Shown here in pieces: positions 28,101 to 36,325 of a DNA stretch of 64,000 nucleotides (positions within the stretch are counted from its first letter, which is position 1; each line of letters begins with the position of its first letter). Made by a program: the position numbers and the translations under genes. The notes beneath the pieces were generated by a model. It was given only the letters and a program-made list of their open reading frames with translations. It was not told where the DNA came from and ran no database searches. The stretch covers positions 62,001 to 126,000 of IMG/VR virus record IMGVR_UViG_3300043411_001777; one strand, written 5' to 3'.

Positions 28101-28183
28101 AGGTCCAAGGTTTGGGCTCCACCGATGATACTGGCGCAAACTTCTTCGTGGAGTTGGCGCAAGATGTGTTCTCAAAAAACTAG
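25118..28183 (+). CDS. N6-adenine methyltransferase - SF2 (SNF2-like) helicase fusion (DUF6094-like N-terminus)
   Basis: MTRLAATLKMLYYPT, LDPCCGDG, LNPPY; GEMGVGKT, DEAH, TGT, QSIRRSWRLGQ. Confidence 0.9.
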   Translation: MTRLAATLKMLYYPTQDRILDLLGEYITFTKPYWVKEQKLFLLDPCCGDGAALSFLASIWSSSIPTETWGIELHEERAKKAKLLLDHAYHGSMHQALITGKFHCVLLNPPYDSGGEGERQEVQFLQDATPWLAHNGMLILIIPRKILRLDSFRQHMGVHYSYVDVFDYPSPEKEQFNQVVVIARRDTHGYYQRGVPNIDAPFFPELGSKNFNWETPRIDERPKVRVVNFDPEEWVDKLPGYSTQQWQRAMLDQSAQAHTPLMMPRPGHRALLLAAGQLNGYELRPGLLVKGSSEKTKLVIPQGDEVLEREKIVTRISQLDITNGVFDTWLVHEHQDKTVQWFLEYGDDLSKAIIATHKPLFNGDTTPWAPELAKLRAPGILPGKTTPEFFQLQVEAACAIALRWRKHKNTNVSGEMGVGKTTLGIVASEISKHKKTIVVCPSHLVKKWVRECAIITGQPGVAFLAKKLSDVDRFFAPGAPARFLIISKETAKLGAKWRHAFHVKTSLHRKWRWDGPEKVQEKLTYVSAHCPTCGETPFFAEETAIQVSLEQALQNKTKGKCQALTPVKYGVTTAEGAAVAPVFPIPPKKDDDDPRHRCFSSLWQSEPLSAKGTKRWALAKYVNTHYPRQYSLITDEAHILAKSDSDQARAVQLLESQAVKTLSMTGTIYSGRASGLFHLLYKTDGAFRLLYKYDETQLFVEHHGLFERVFKEEEYTSTYGYKKGKGSGRLREIPGMSPGMIPLLLPSTIFLKLKDLDVELPPYREIVVSLNHDGDVLRQAQLLKDNALAVMRKHPELLGQYLMACLGYPDAPENEENIVLRDEDGYEEVIAHADAIPKESYPKDRYVVNTVKNEKEAGRRVLVFFSQTHKRDARMRVQRLLEAEGLKVVVLDSNVTPEKREEWVAEQVEKGFDVMLTNGRLVETGLDLLFAHTIIQYGTEYSINTLRQSIRRSWRLGQTKPVRVIFLIYADTLQENASNLIARKMRAAEQVDGDEVQGLGSTDDTGANFFVELAQDVFSKN

Positions 28184-28186
28184 AGG

Positions 28187-28720
28187 TTGGTTCAAACTGT
28201 GATTGTTGTGTCAAAGCCCGTGCCGGCTGAAAATAAGCATCGTATCAACCGGGATATCCGGTTTCCCCAAATCCGTGTAATCGGAGCTGATGGCGAGCAA
28301 TTGGGGCTGATGTCCCCCGATGAGGCTCGCCAGAAGGCTCAGGCCGTAGGGCTTGATCTGGTAGAGGTGGCTGCGGATGCTCGCCCACCAGTCTGCAAGA
28401 TCATGGACTATGGGAAGTTCAAGTACGAATCGGGGAAGAAGATGAAGCCCCAGAAGTCTTCTAAGCTGAAGACGATTCAGATCGGAACGAAGATCAGCGA
28501 CCATGACTTGGGGATCAAGCTGGCCCATGCTCGTGCCTTCCTGGGGGAAGGCGACAAGGTGCGCTTCCTCATGCGCATGAAGGGCCGGGAGAATGCGTTT
28601 GCAGAGAAGCTGGCCTCTGAGCTGTACCAGAAGCTAACTGTGCTTGAGGATGCGGGGAAAATGGCTTCTAGGCCCTCGTTTGAAGGACGGGTAATCGTAT
28701 GCCAATTCGATCCGAAGTGA
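28187..28720 (+). CDS. infC: translation initiation factor IF-3
   Basis: RINRDIR...IRVIGADGEQLG...GLDLVEVA...PPVCKIMDYGKFKYE; GDKV...GRE; start uncertain (TTG 28187, GTG 28199, ATT 28202). Confidence 0.93.
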   Translation: MVQTVIVVSKPVPAENKHRINRDIRFPQIRVIGADGEQLGLMSPDEARQKAQAVGLDLVEVAADARPPVCKIMDYGKFKYESGKKMKPQKSSKLKTIQIGTKISDHDLGIKLAHARAFLGEGDKVRFLMRMKGRENAFAEKLASELYQKLTVLEDAGKMASRPSFEGRVIVCQFDPK

Positions 28721-29112
28721 AGAAGAAAAAGAAGAAGGTCCCTCAGCCTGTTAAGCCGCCTCCAAGGCTTGTCCCTAAGAATTCCCGCTCGGAATGGGTC
28801 GATCATAATTCGTGGAAGTGCCTTAACCACCTACCATCGATTAAGCTCCCCGCCAAGTGTGAATTCTGTTGGATTAAGGGTTGCTCACAGCGCCCCTCAG
28901 AAGAGTTTCGTCCTGCACTCGACCTTTCTATGGCCGTGCCGACTGTAGCTCAAGTGGTTGTAGCAGTAACCAACAAGGTTTGTGCTCGCCCCGGGTGTGG
29001 TGAACCAACAGCCCAGAAGAGCAAATACTGTTCGCGTAAGTGCACTACGAAGGTCGCTCACGACCGTGCTAAAGAGCGGGAACGTTCCATGAGGTCGGAC
29101 AAGCATGCCTGA
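28699..29112 (+). CDS. basic Cys-rich protein
   Basis: CEFC..., CARPGC...KYCSRKC. Confidence 0.7.
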   Translation: MPIRSEVKKKKKKVPQPVKPPPRLVPKNSRSEWVDHNSWKCLNHLPSIKLPAKCEFCWIKGCSQRPSEEFRPALDLSMAVPTVAQVVVAVTNKVCARPGCGEPTAQKSKYCSRKCTTKVAHDRAKERERSMRSDKHA

Positions 29113-29386
29113 GACGTACATGACATTGGTCAATCGGCCTTTTCTCCGCGAACTAATGCGAGGTTGGACAAACATGCCTGAGGGTCATTACGAGGACGAA
29201 CTGCAAGCCTTCTTGAGCCGTTGGCACATTGATGTCTGGCCAACCGGCCAACCCCCACAGCCCATACTCCCCGCCAATACCGGGACCATAGAAGAAAAGT
29301 TCTTGGCGGAACTAGATGCCCTCCTGGAAGGGGCCTATGGCCAAGGCTATTCTGACGCGCGAACCGATCTCGGGTGCGAGCCCTAA
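29105..29386 (+). CDS. hypothetical protein
   Basis: overlap with the previous gene. Confidence 0.65.
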   Translation: MPETYMTLVNRPFLRELMRGWTNMPEGHYEDELQAFLSRWHIDVWPTGQPPQPILPANTGTIEEKFLAELDALLEGAYGQGYSDARTDLGCEP

Positions 29387-29387
29387 C

Positions 29388-29714
29388 ATGGAATGCTGCA
29401 CTAAACAGGCAAACCATGAGGATTGGGATTGCGGGTGTACGTTTGGCTGCGGTTGCTGTGACATCACCAAGCGTTGTCGCGTGTGCCACAACGTGGTGGA
29501 CACGCACACCCGCGCCAAAGCCCGCCGAAAGCAAATGCTGTTGAGCGCCTCGACCGCTGCACAGAAAACCGGCTGGCTGCCCTCACAGCGCAACGAACTA
29601 GCTAAAGCAGTGCGGAATGCCGGGCTCGCACCCTCCCTATCCATGGCCATTGAGTATATAGCTGCGCATGGTGGCTATGAGGCTGTAGCCAAAGTCTTAG
29701 GAACAGAACCTTGA
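29388..29714 (+). CDS. Cys-rich hypothetical protein
   Basis: CC...CGCTFGCGCC...CRVCH. Confidence 0.6.
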   Translation: MECCTKQANHEDWDCGCTFGCGCCDITKRCRVCHNVVDTHTRAKARRKQMLLSASTAAQKTGWLPSQRNELAKAVRNAGLAPSLSMAIEYIAAHGGYEAVAKVLGTEP

Positions 29715-30040
29715 CTCTGCAAGAAACCGTAGCTGATGGCCGACAACTCTTCCAGGAAGTCTTGGACTTTCACGAAAATGAAGACTTCCAAACCAAATGG
29801 ATCGCCTGGAAACATTGGGCTTTCCGCTTGGAATTACCCCGTTCAGACACGTTGGACGGACTGGAAGCCCTCATGACAGCTCTTGCCATGCAAGATGCCG
29901 AGGACTGGTCCTTGGAGCAGCTAGAGGCTATTTATCGGGTACTAGCCCATTGGGCGAACAACCCCGAGCCCACACGGAAGAACTACGAAAACTGGTACGA
30001 CTACTTAGCCGACCGCGAAATCCACGTCCTTCCTTGGTGA
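29711..30040 (+). CDS. hypothetical protein
   Basis: TTGA overlap. Confidence 0.65.
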   Translation: MTLQETVADGRQLFQEVLDFHENEDFQTKWIAWKHWAFRLELPRSDTLDGLEALMTALAMQDAEDWSLEQLEAIYRVLAHWANNPEPTRKNYENWYDYLADREIHVLPW

Positions 30041-30065
30041 CCCGATAATCATTTGATGCCCCTGC

Positions 30066-30746
30066 TTGAATGAGGCAGGTATGCAAATGATTACCCAAGG
30101 CACCCAATTCCCTGGTTTTTCCAGGGGCAAAACCAAATTAGACGAAATCGTCCTCCACGAATCGGTCTCCCCTACAAGGGAAAAGTGCATTTCAGACCTT
30201 CTGGGTAAGAAGCTGTCTGTGCATTTCTCTGTAGACCGGGATGGTTCGGTACATCAGCACCTCGACCCCAAGTATGCTGGCGCACACGCGGAAGGCTTCA
30301 ATAAGCCTTCACTGCACAATGAGCGTTCAATCGCCATTGAAGTGATCAACCCCTATTACGGGAGCCGCGCCACTTTAGAGCACGAGGTGATCAAAGCTGT
30401 TTGGGCTCACAAGGGCAAATATATCCTCCCAACCCCAGAACAGCTCAACGCGACCTGGGATTTGGTTGAGTCACAATGCGCCCAAAACGCTGTCCCCTGC
30501 ATCTTTCCCGGGATGACCCTTTCAGGTCAGGTTGCCACCTTCAAATGGGGGCGCCTAATCAAGCACGAAATCCCCGGGGTTATGGCACACGCTCGGTGGG
30601 CACACGCGGACGCGCTCTTCGTAGAGCACTATTGTGCTATGCGGTCTTTGGGTTGGATGGCGGAGTTTGCCTACCAACTCACGGTTGACTCTGGTGCTTC
30701 GGGGAAGCGTAAGACGGACATCCCACTTTTGCAGGGGTCCGTATGA
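30066..30746 (+). CDS. N-acetylmuramoyl-L-alanine amidase (Amidase_2), putative endolysin
   Basis: IVLHES, SVHFSVDRDGSV, AHAEG, NERSIAIEVIN, MAH; start may be ATG 30081 or 30087. Confidence 0.85.
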   Translation: MNEAGMQMITQGTQFPGFSRGKTKLDEIVLHESVSPTREKCISDLLGKKLSVHFSVDRDGSVHQHLDPKYAGAHAEGFNKPSLHNERSIAIEVINPYYGSRATLEHEVIKAVWAHKGKYILPTPEQLNATWDLVESQCAQNAVPCIFPGMTLSGQVATFKWGRLIKHEIPGVMAHARWAHADALFVEHYCAMRSLGWMAEFAYQLTVDSGASGKRKTDIPLLQGSV

Positions 30747-31225
30747 GGGAACTAACAGTCCGGCAACAATTGGACGCTGAGGGTGTCCGTATTGTCCGCA
30801 AGGACAAGTCTTGGGTCATGCGTACTTTAGGGGCTGTGTTTAAGCTCTTCGGCTATGACTTTATGGCGCGAGCTTGGACAACAATTGGCCCCAAAACCAT
30901 TTACGCACCGACTTGGGTTCCGGAAGACATCAACACACGGGAAGACCTTACCCAATGGCAAATTGGGCTGCTTCACGAGCTTGTGCATATCAAGCAAGCC
31001 CGTAAATACCCGGTCATTTGGCAATTCACATACCTTTTCGTTTTCTTTCCCGTTTTACTGGCATGGTTTCGTTGGAGATGGGAGCGGGAGGCATACCTGA
31101 CCGTGAACATCAACAAGTTCGGGCAGAACTCGGACGAGATTGCGGACACGATTTGGCGAGTCTACCTCTTCCCATGGCCTAAAGGGGCCATGAAGAAGTG
31201 GTTCAATAAGCACAAGGTAAGGTAA
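30743..31225 (+). CDS. HExxH protein with a hydrophobic segment
   Basis: LHELVHIKQ...FTYLFVFFPVLLAWFRWRWEREAY. Confidence 0.75.
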   Translation: MRELTVRQQLDAEGVRIVRKDKSWVMRTLGAVFKLFGYDFMARAWTTIGPKTIYAPTWVPEDINTREDLTQWQIGLLHELVHIKQARKYPVIWQFTYLFVFFPVLLAWFRWRWEREAYLTVNINKFGQNSDEIADTIWRVYLFPWPKGAMKKWFNKHKVR

Positions 31226-31265
31226 TGCCAAGCATTGTTTACCTAAACCATCAAAAGGCAAGCTA

Positions 31266-32645
31266 ATGTCACGTAGCGTTTACCTTGAAGTAACCAACAC
31301 TAGCGGAAGCTCGTTAACCATTTCAGACGGTATTGGGTCCCTCTATACAGTATTGGGCAACTCCCCAACGACGGCATACCGGCAGCTAAATTCCGTAACG
31401 ATTGGGAATGGGCTTACGGTTCTATTTCTGTGGGACCACACAACCCCATGGAGCTTTGAACGCGGACATATACGCGGCCTCGCTGATGACGGGGACCTGT
31501 CTGTCTACGTCCGTAAAAACATCACCACACTAGGGACCCCATATGGGGTGTTCCGTGTAAACGTGCTTGGTGTCGGGGGCTCCACTGTTGTGGAGCCGTT
31601 TTGGCTCCCTGAGGATATGGTGGTTGAAAATATCACAGTATTCTCAGCGGCTGCGCCAAGCACGGCGGGGTCCCTCGACTTCACGATCAACATAGAAGGC
31701 GTTGACATTGCGATCGCAGACCTAACCGGATTATCGGCGGATGCTGTAACGGCGGTTCCTTTTGAAGGGGTGTCCCTGGAATTCTTGCGTAATCAGGTTG
31801 GGACTATCACCATTGATAGTGACAACATCGATCTTGGAACGCACACCTTCGTTGTTCAGATCCGATACACGGTATTGGAAAAGGACGAAGGGTTCTATCA
31901 AGGGATTAGCTACCTTAACTCACCCAATACTTCCGGAGCTTATGTTCAGACCGCAAATGCAAACGCAGCGGGCTTGATCATGTCCGGAACAACCCTCCCC
32001 AACTTTACTATTGCAGGCTGGTGGCGGCGTAGCACGGACGGGGATGAAACCGATGCACACCGGCTCTTGGACGTGCGGACGGCGGGCTCGGCCCTTTTAG
32101 ATGTTATGGCCAGAACTAGCGGCACCCCACGCATAGACTTCAACCTCCGCAATGATGCTGGAGTGCTTGCCGCAGGCGGGGCCATCAACGATCCAACCTT
32201 TGGTGGTGCCTACGCCGATATCTGGAGGCACCTAGCAATCACCTTTGACACCTCAGTTAATCGATTGCGCGTCTATCTGGACGGCGTAATGATGATCAAC
32301 TCCGTGCGGGCGGATGTAGATGCTTTCGCGGCGGCGACGTCCATTACGTTTGGCTCAAACGTGGGAGGGACCCTCTCCACCGCAGTACAACAGCGCAACA
32401 ATGCAGTTTGGGGACGGGCATTAACCGCCCAAGAAATTGAATCTCTCTTCAAGGGAGGTCCCTGGCACAACCTGCATGTTGCTCGGGGAGACTATACGGG
32501 CACATCGGGCGGTAATGACCCCGACCATTGGTGGCCGTTGGATACGGACTTTGGGACGGTAGGCACGGACCGAGGAAGTGCAGGTAACTGCAACCTCACC
32601 TTTGTAGGTGCTGCCTCTATCGGTCGTGTCACCTACGGAACCTAA
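31266..32645 (+). CDS. LamG/concanavalin-like domain protein, probably virion-associated
   Basis: FTIAGWW, WRHLAITFD...LRVYLDG, VWGRALTAQEI. Confidence 0.8.
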   Translation: MSRSVYLEVTNTSGSSLTISDGIGSLYTVLGNSPTTAYRQLNSVTIGNGLTVLFLWDHTTPWSFERGHIRGLADDGDLSVYVRKNITTLGTPYGVFRVNVLGVGGSTVVEPFWLPEDMVVENITVFSAAAPSTAGSLDFTINIEGVDIAIADLTGLSADAVTAVPFEGVSLEFLRNQVGTITIDSDNIDLGTHTFVVQIRYTVLEKDEGFYQGISYLNSPNTSGAYVQTANANAAGLIMSGTTLPNFTIAGWWRRSTDGDETDAHRLLDVRTAGSALLDVMARTSGTPRIDFNLRNDAGVLAAGGAINDPTFGGAYADIWRHLAITFDTSVNRLRVYLDGVMMINSVRADVDAFAAATSITFGSNVGGTLSTAVQQRNNAVWGRALTAQEIESLFKGGPWHNLHVARGDYTGTSGGNDPDHWWPLDTDFGTVGTDRGSAGNCNLTFVGAASIGRVTYGT

Positions 32646-33082
32646 TCCAGGTCTCGGATATCGTACAGAATATGTGTTCCATCATGGGTATACCCCACCA
32701 CACCCCCTACTGTGATATAGGGGGTGTGGTGATAGGGACCCTGTTCTAGCAACTTATTGCTGTAAACCGCACCCACGGCCGGATCATGGCTAAGTGTGAT
32801 ATGCGGATGGGCCTTTTCCACAAGTTTGCGGATTTCCGAATCCATATCAATGGATATTGCCTCAGCCCTTTCATCAACGCAATATGCGTCCACCCGAATG
32901 AGGACACGAGCCCCCATGTAGGGGGCGATTTCCTGCATGTGCTCGGCAGTCGGAGCCAACCGGATTGTCACATGGTGACAACGAACCTTTTCAAAGCGAG
33001 GCGGGAAAATTCGTTGAAGGATGGTGACTGACTGGGGTGGAAGAAACACCCCAGTGTATCCCTTGTACCGTTTTGGTTTCAA
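32642..33082 (-). CDS. 2H phosphoesterase (cyclic phosphodiesterase-like)
   Basis: two HxT motifs (HHVTI, PHITLS), YSNKLL; AGGAG SD before TTG. Confidence 0.8.
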   Translation of the reverse strand: MKPKRYKGYTGVFLPPQSVTILQRIFPPRFEKVRCHHVTIRLAPTAEHMQEIAPYMGARVLIRVDAYCVDERAEAISIDMDSEIRKLVEKAHPHITLSHDPAVGAVYSNKLLEQGPYHHTPYITVGGVVGYTHDGTHILYDIRDLD

Positions 33083-33127
33083 GCTTAGCTCCTAAGACAG
33101 GACTACCAAGCCTGACCTATCTAGGTA

Positions 33128-33655
33128 TTAGTGCGAAAGCATCGGATCGATGGTGACCATGGCCTCCAGCCCCTGGGGCTTAGGTGCCTCGACCGCAGGC
33201 TCGACGGCCGCAGGCTCGACAGAGAGCGTCTCATAAACGAGCTGCTTCAGCGTCTTGGTGTCGACGTTATCCGTCGGGATCCCCAGTGCCTTGGCCTCCA
33301 GGATCACCTGCTCCGGCGTGATGTGAGCCTTGGCAGCACCCGTCACCGGGAAGATGAACGGCTTACGTCCACGCTTAGCGTGGCCCTCGTTATCCGTGGG
33401 ATCCGCGGGAGCCGGAGCTGCTGCACGCGCAGCGAGACGGACTGCGGGCTTGGCGGGGGCGGCCACACGCTCAGACTCAGGCTCGGGTTCGGCTTCCCCC
33501 TTGATCTGCACGAGCGTGATCGCCTCCGTAAGATTGGTATCACCAATGAGGCCCATGACGGACAGCTCCTTGATGAAGGTGAGCACCCGGGCACGCTCCC
33601 CCTTGGAGAGGGTGGCGACTTCCTTGACAGAAATAGGCATGAATACGTTGATCAT
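33128..33655 (-). CDS. Ala/Pro/Glu-rich putative DNA-binding protein
   Basis: AAGGA SD; KRGRKP; helical EAKALGI...TLKQLV segment; strong C/G-ending codon bias. Confidence 0.75.
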   Translation of the reverse strand: MINVFMPISVKEVATLSKGERARVLTFIKELSVMGLIGDTNLTEAITLVQIKGEAEPEPESERVAAPAKPAVRLAARAAAPAPADPTDNEGHAKRGRKPFIFPVTGAAKAHITPEQVILEAKALGIPTDNVDTKTLKQLVYETLSVEPAAVEPAVEAPKPQGLEAMVTIDPMLSH

Positions 33656-33743
33656 TAGTAGTTTCCTTGGGAATTGTTGTTAGGGATACTCTCATCCCCA
33701 TTTTGGGCTACCCACTTCTGGGTAAAAGTTAGGCTCGAAAATT

Positions 33744-34283
33744 TCAGTTTTCGCCGATTACAAAGGTTCGGACCGGAAGCCCAGACCCAGAATCGAACAT
33801 ACAAGCGATCTCCACCGCCTTTGCTGCCACTTCTGCCGCAGAACATCCCTTCTGGAGGAAGGCCGCTGCGGCACCCAAAGCGAAATAGGCACCACTACCT
33901 ATTGCGGCAAGCCCAGAAACCTCACAAACGTGCCTGTTTGTGGAGCACTGGAAGACCCCATTCGCATTAACTACTAGTAGTTCCAGGTACTTAAGCTGAT
34001 TTTTCGACTTGCGGTCTCCTGCAAATTGATGGAATGCCGTCCAAAACGTCCACACCTCATGAGTAGAAGAGAGGGCTGGCTTGTTCAACCTCAGGTATTC
34101 CTCTAGGTAGTTAAAACTGACTGCATAGCCGGTCAGAGCAAGGTACGTCCCTTCGTACACTACAACCTTCCCCGTATTCTCCATCTCCTTAGTAGGAGGG
34201 CAAACGAGGTCTCCGCTCGTTATACGAGTATCCGTTGCTAGGACGATGAACCCATCCTTCTTAACAGCTACACAGGTTGTCAT
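33744..34283 (-). CDS. Ntn-hydrolase, HslV/proteasome-beta-like protease
   Basis: N-terminal (M)TTC, ATDTR (D17/R19), GKVV, IGSGA; GGAGG SD. Confidence 0.85.
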   Translation of the reverse strand: MTTCVAVKKDGFIVLATDTRITSGDLVCPPTKEMENTGKVVVYEGTYLALTGYAVSFNYLEEYLRLNKPALSSTHEVWTFWTAFHQFAGDRKSKNQLKYLELLVVNANGVFQCSTNRHVCEVSGLAAIGSGAYFALGAAAAFLQKGCSAAEVAAKAVEIACMFDSGSGLPVRTFVIGEN

Positions 34284-34355
34284 TCAAACCTCCCCCTCAA
34301 TTATACCGCTAACCGGGGAGGGTTCTCTGGTACTGTAGTTCTAGGAGAACAGCTA

Positions 34356-34673
34356 ATGTGGCGTCTTTTTTTGGATGATTTGCGAACCCCCCTTGACAGT
34401 TCCTGGAAGGTGGCCCGCTCAGTCTCGGACGCAAAGGCGCTCGTTTCCGAGAACGGAACCCCAGCACACATCGCATTTGACCATGATCTAGGAGAGGGGC
34501 CCTCTGGGTACGACTTCCTCAAATGGTTGGTTGAGCAAGAGATCAAGGACTTCGACTACTCGATTCACACGAGTAACCCCCCTGGACGTGCTAACCTACT
34601 CGGGCTTGCCCGCCCTTGGACGGAACGCGAGCCCGTCAACGGCCCCGCCTGGTCCGTTCCGGAGGATGCATGA
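34356..34673 (+). CDS. cyclic-phosphate-processing receiver-like protein
   Basis: LFLDDLR.P, FDHDLG, GYD, IHTSNP; AGGAG SD. Confidence 0.8.
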   Translation: MWRLFLDDLRTPLDSSWKVARSVSDAKALVSENGTPAHIAFDHDLGEGPSGYDFLKWLVEQEIKDFDYSIHTSNPPGRANLLGLARPWTEREPVNGPAWSVPEDA

Positions 34674-35296
34674 TCGAATTTCTATGTTGGTGGGTCTTTG
34701 GGGCCACTATATGGTTTTTCATGTCTTTGACGATTGACGGGTTGATCGTCAATCGTCGGGGCCGGCACTATGAAAAGTGGCTCGAAAAGGCGGAACTGTC
34801 GGAGCCCACTTTGCCACGATTCCTACGCTGGCTCCTTCTTTGGCCCTTGGGGCTCATCCTCAGTATCTATGCCTATTCAAAGGGCATGACGCTTGTGGAG
34901 CTTAACCACAAGCTCTTCGAGGCTAAAGAACAAGAACAGCTACAGATCAAGAACAACATCGGGACACCTATCCGCCCCCCGAAGTGGACGGCAATACATC
35001 TAAACGGCAAGACGTGCTACGTTCATTGGGTGACTTTCCCCATCGGGTCGTTTCTAACGCATCTGGCCGTTATTGAACGAAATGGGGTTTCAGTCTACCG
35101 AATAGGGGTGTTTCAAACCCCTAGAAAGGAAGTTAAAATCGTGAAAAAGCCGTTCCCCGATTACAAGATCGGGGACTTCAGCCGTGCAAAAGATTGGGTT
35201 GACGAGGACGCCGATTTCTTGGCCCTGTGCAACCCGTTGCGTTTTGAGCAGCTACAGAATTGGCACGCGACTAACGGCTTTCCTGAGTCTCGATAG
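34670..35296 (+). CDS. membrane protein (2 predicted TM segments)
   Basis: GGAGG SD; hydrophobic N-terminal segments. Confidence 0.7.
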   Translation: MIEFLCWWVFGATIWFFMSLTIDGLIVNRRGRHYEKWLEKAELSEPTLPRFLRWLLLWPLGLILSIYAYSKGMTLVELNHKLFEAKEQEQLQIKNNIGTPIRPPKWTAIHLNGKTCYVHWVTFPIGSFLTHLAVIERNGVSVYRIGVFQTPRKEVKIVKKPFPDYKIGDFSRAKDWVDEDADFLALCNPLRFEQLQNWHATNGFPESR

Positions 35297-35798
35297 TTTG
35301 AAGAATTCTCTCCTGCACAGGAGAGAGCTTCATGTTCCCCCTAAACGTAGGCAGGCCCGTATCTCGGTCAAGCCTTCGACTGGTGAGCCCAATGGCTCCA
35401 GGCTTCAGCATTTTAACCAGCTCGGGATTCACGTGGTGAATAGAGATATCCCAATCCAGGGTAAGTGACATTCCTGCATGAACGATGATTGGGTTAACTC
35501 CGTCAAGCGAAATAGCTTTCTTCTGTCGGTATAGCGAAATACCCCCAGTTGTCCGCAACTCCAAATCGAAGTATTTTACGGGACGTGGGTGGCTAGCCTT
35601 GAATTCCAGGTTGAACCGACAGGACAACCTCTTATCCCCAAGACGGATTTGAGGACGCGAAAGCGTCGCCCACCCATGAATAACCAATTCAATGTCGTCT
35701 CGTTCCACCAATCGGTGTAGGGCTTCTTGCTCGTCTTCAGTGAGAGGGACGTAGAGGCCATTAGGGTTTGCACCGCCAAAGATGTTCTTTTCTGTCAT
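35271..35798 (-). CDS. hypothetical protein
   Basis: AAGG SD before ATG 35798 (MTEKNIFGG...). Confidence 0.75.
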   Translation of the reverse strand: MTEKNIFGGANPNGLYVPLTEDEQEALHRLVERDDIELVIHGWATLSRPQIRLGDKRLSCRFNLEFKASHPRPVKYFDLELRTTGGISLYRQKKAISLDGVNPIIVHAGMSLTLDWDISIHHVNPELVKMLKPGAIGLTSRRLDRDTGLPTFRGNMKLSPVQERILQTIETQESR

Positions 35799-35802
35799 TG
35801 CC

Positions 35803-36324
35803 TTAAACCTTCTGGCTCTTGTTAAGGATCCCAACAACCTTCTTCGTGTTCCAGCGGCCTTTAGGCAACTTGATTTGCAGACTATCTGCCAAGGCCTCCA
35901 GCTCTGCACGAGTCATCGTAATGTTGGCTACAGCACCTTCAGCATCTTCGATGTCATCGTCGTCATCGTCGTCACGATCGGGAATTGTCTCAATCGTTTC
36001 ATCCTGAACGAGAGCCTCTAACTCGCGATCCTCAGCTTCGTAATCGATGGGCGACTCTTCGTAGGCCTGAGGCTCAAATGTAACATCCTCAATGAGGGGA
36101 TCTACGGTGGGGTCTACAGGTGGCTCTGCTTGAGCCACCACAACATCAAACTCCTTTGGAGCTACAACCTCTGGGGCATCCTGTTCGATGCGGGGGGGGC
36201 CAACAGCGGGCCCCCAACCTGGGCCATGCTCGGGTCCGGTATCGATTCGTGGGCTATCCCCAGGGATCGATAGCTTTCCCTTGTTCATTTGATGCATTCT
36301 GGCACTGGGTGGGCGATATGTCAT
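35803..36324 (-). CDS. acidic low-complexity protein with a basic helical C-terminus
   Basis: GAGGAG SD before ATG 36324; poly-Asp; MTRAELEALADSLQI. Confidence 0.75.
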   Translation of the reverse strand: MTYRPPSARMHQMNKGKLSIPGDSPRIDTGPEHGPGWGPAVGPPRIEQDAPEVVAPKEFDVVVAQAEPPVDPTVDPLIEDVTFEPQAYEESPIDYEAEDRELEALVQDETIETIPDRDDDDDDDIEDAEGAVANITMTRAELEALADSLQIKLPKGRWNTKKVVGILNKSQKV

Positions 36325-36325
36325 C

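Noticed and set aside
33131-33658. 175-aa + strand ORF exactly antisense to the 33128 gene
   Set aside because: Explained by the codon bias of the real gene; no SD and non-protein-like composition. The same applies to other shadow ORFs such as 7415-8137 and 39464-40153.
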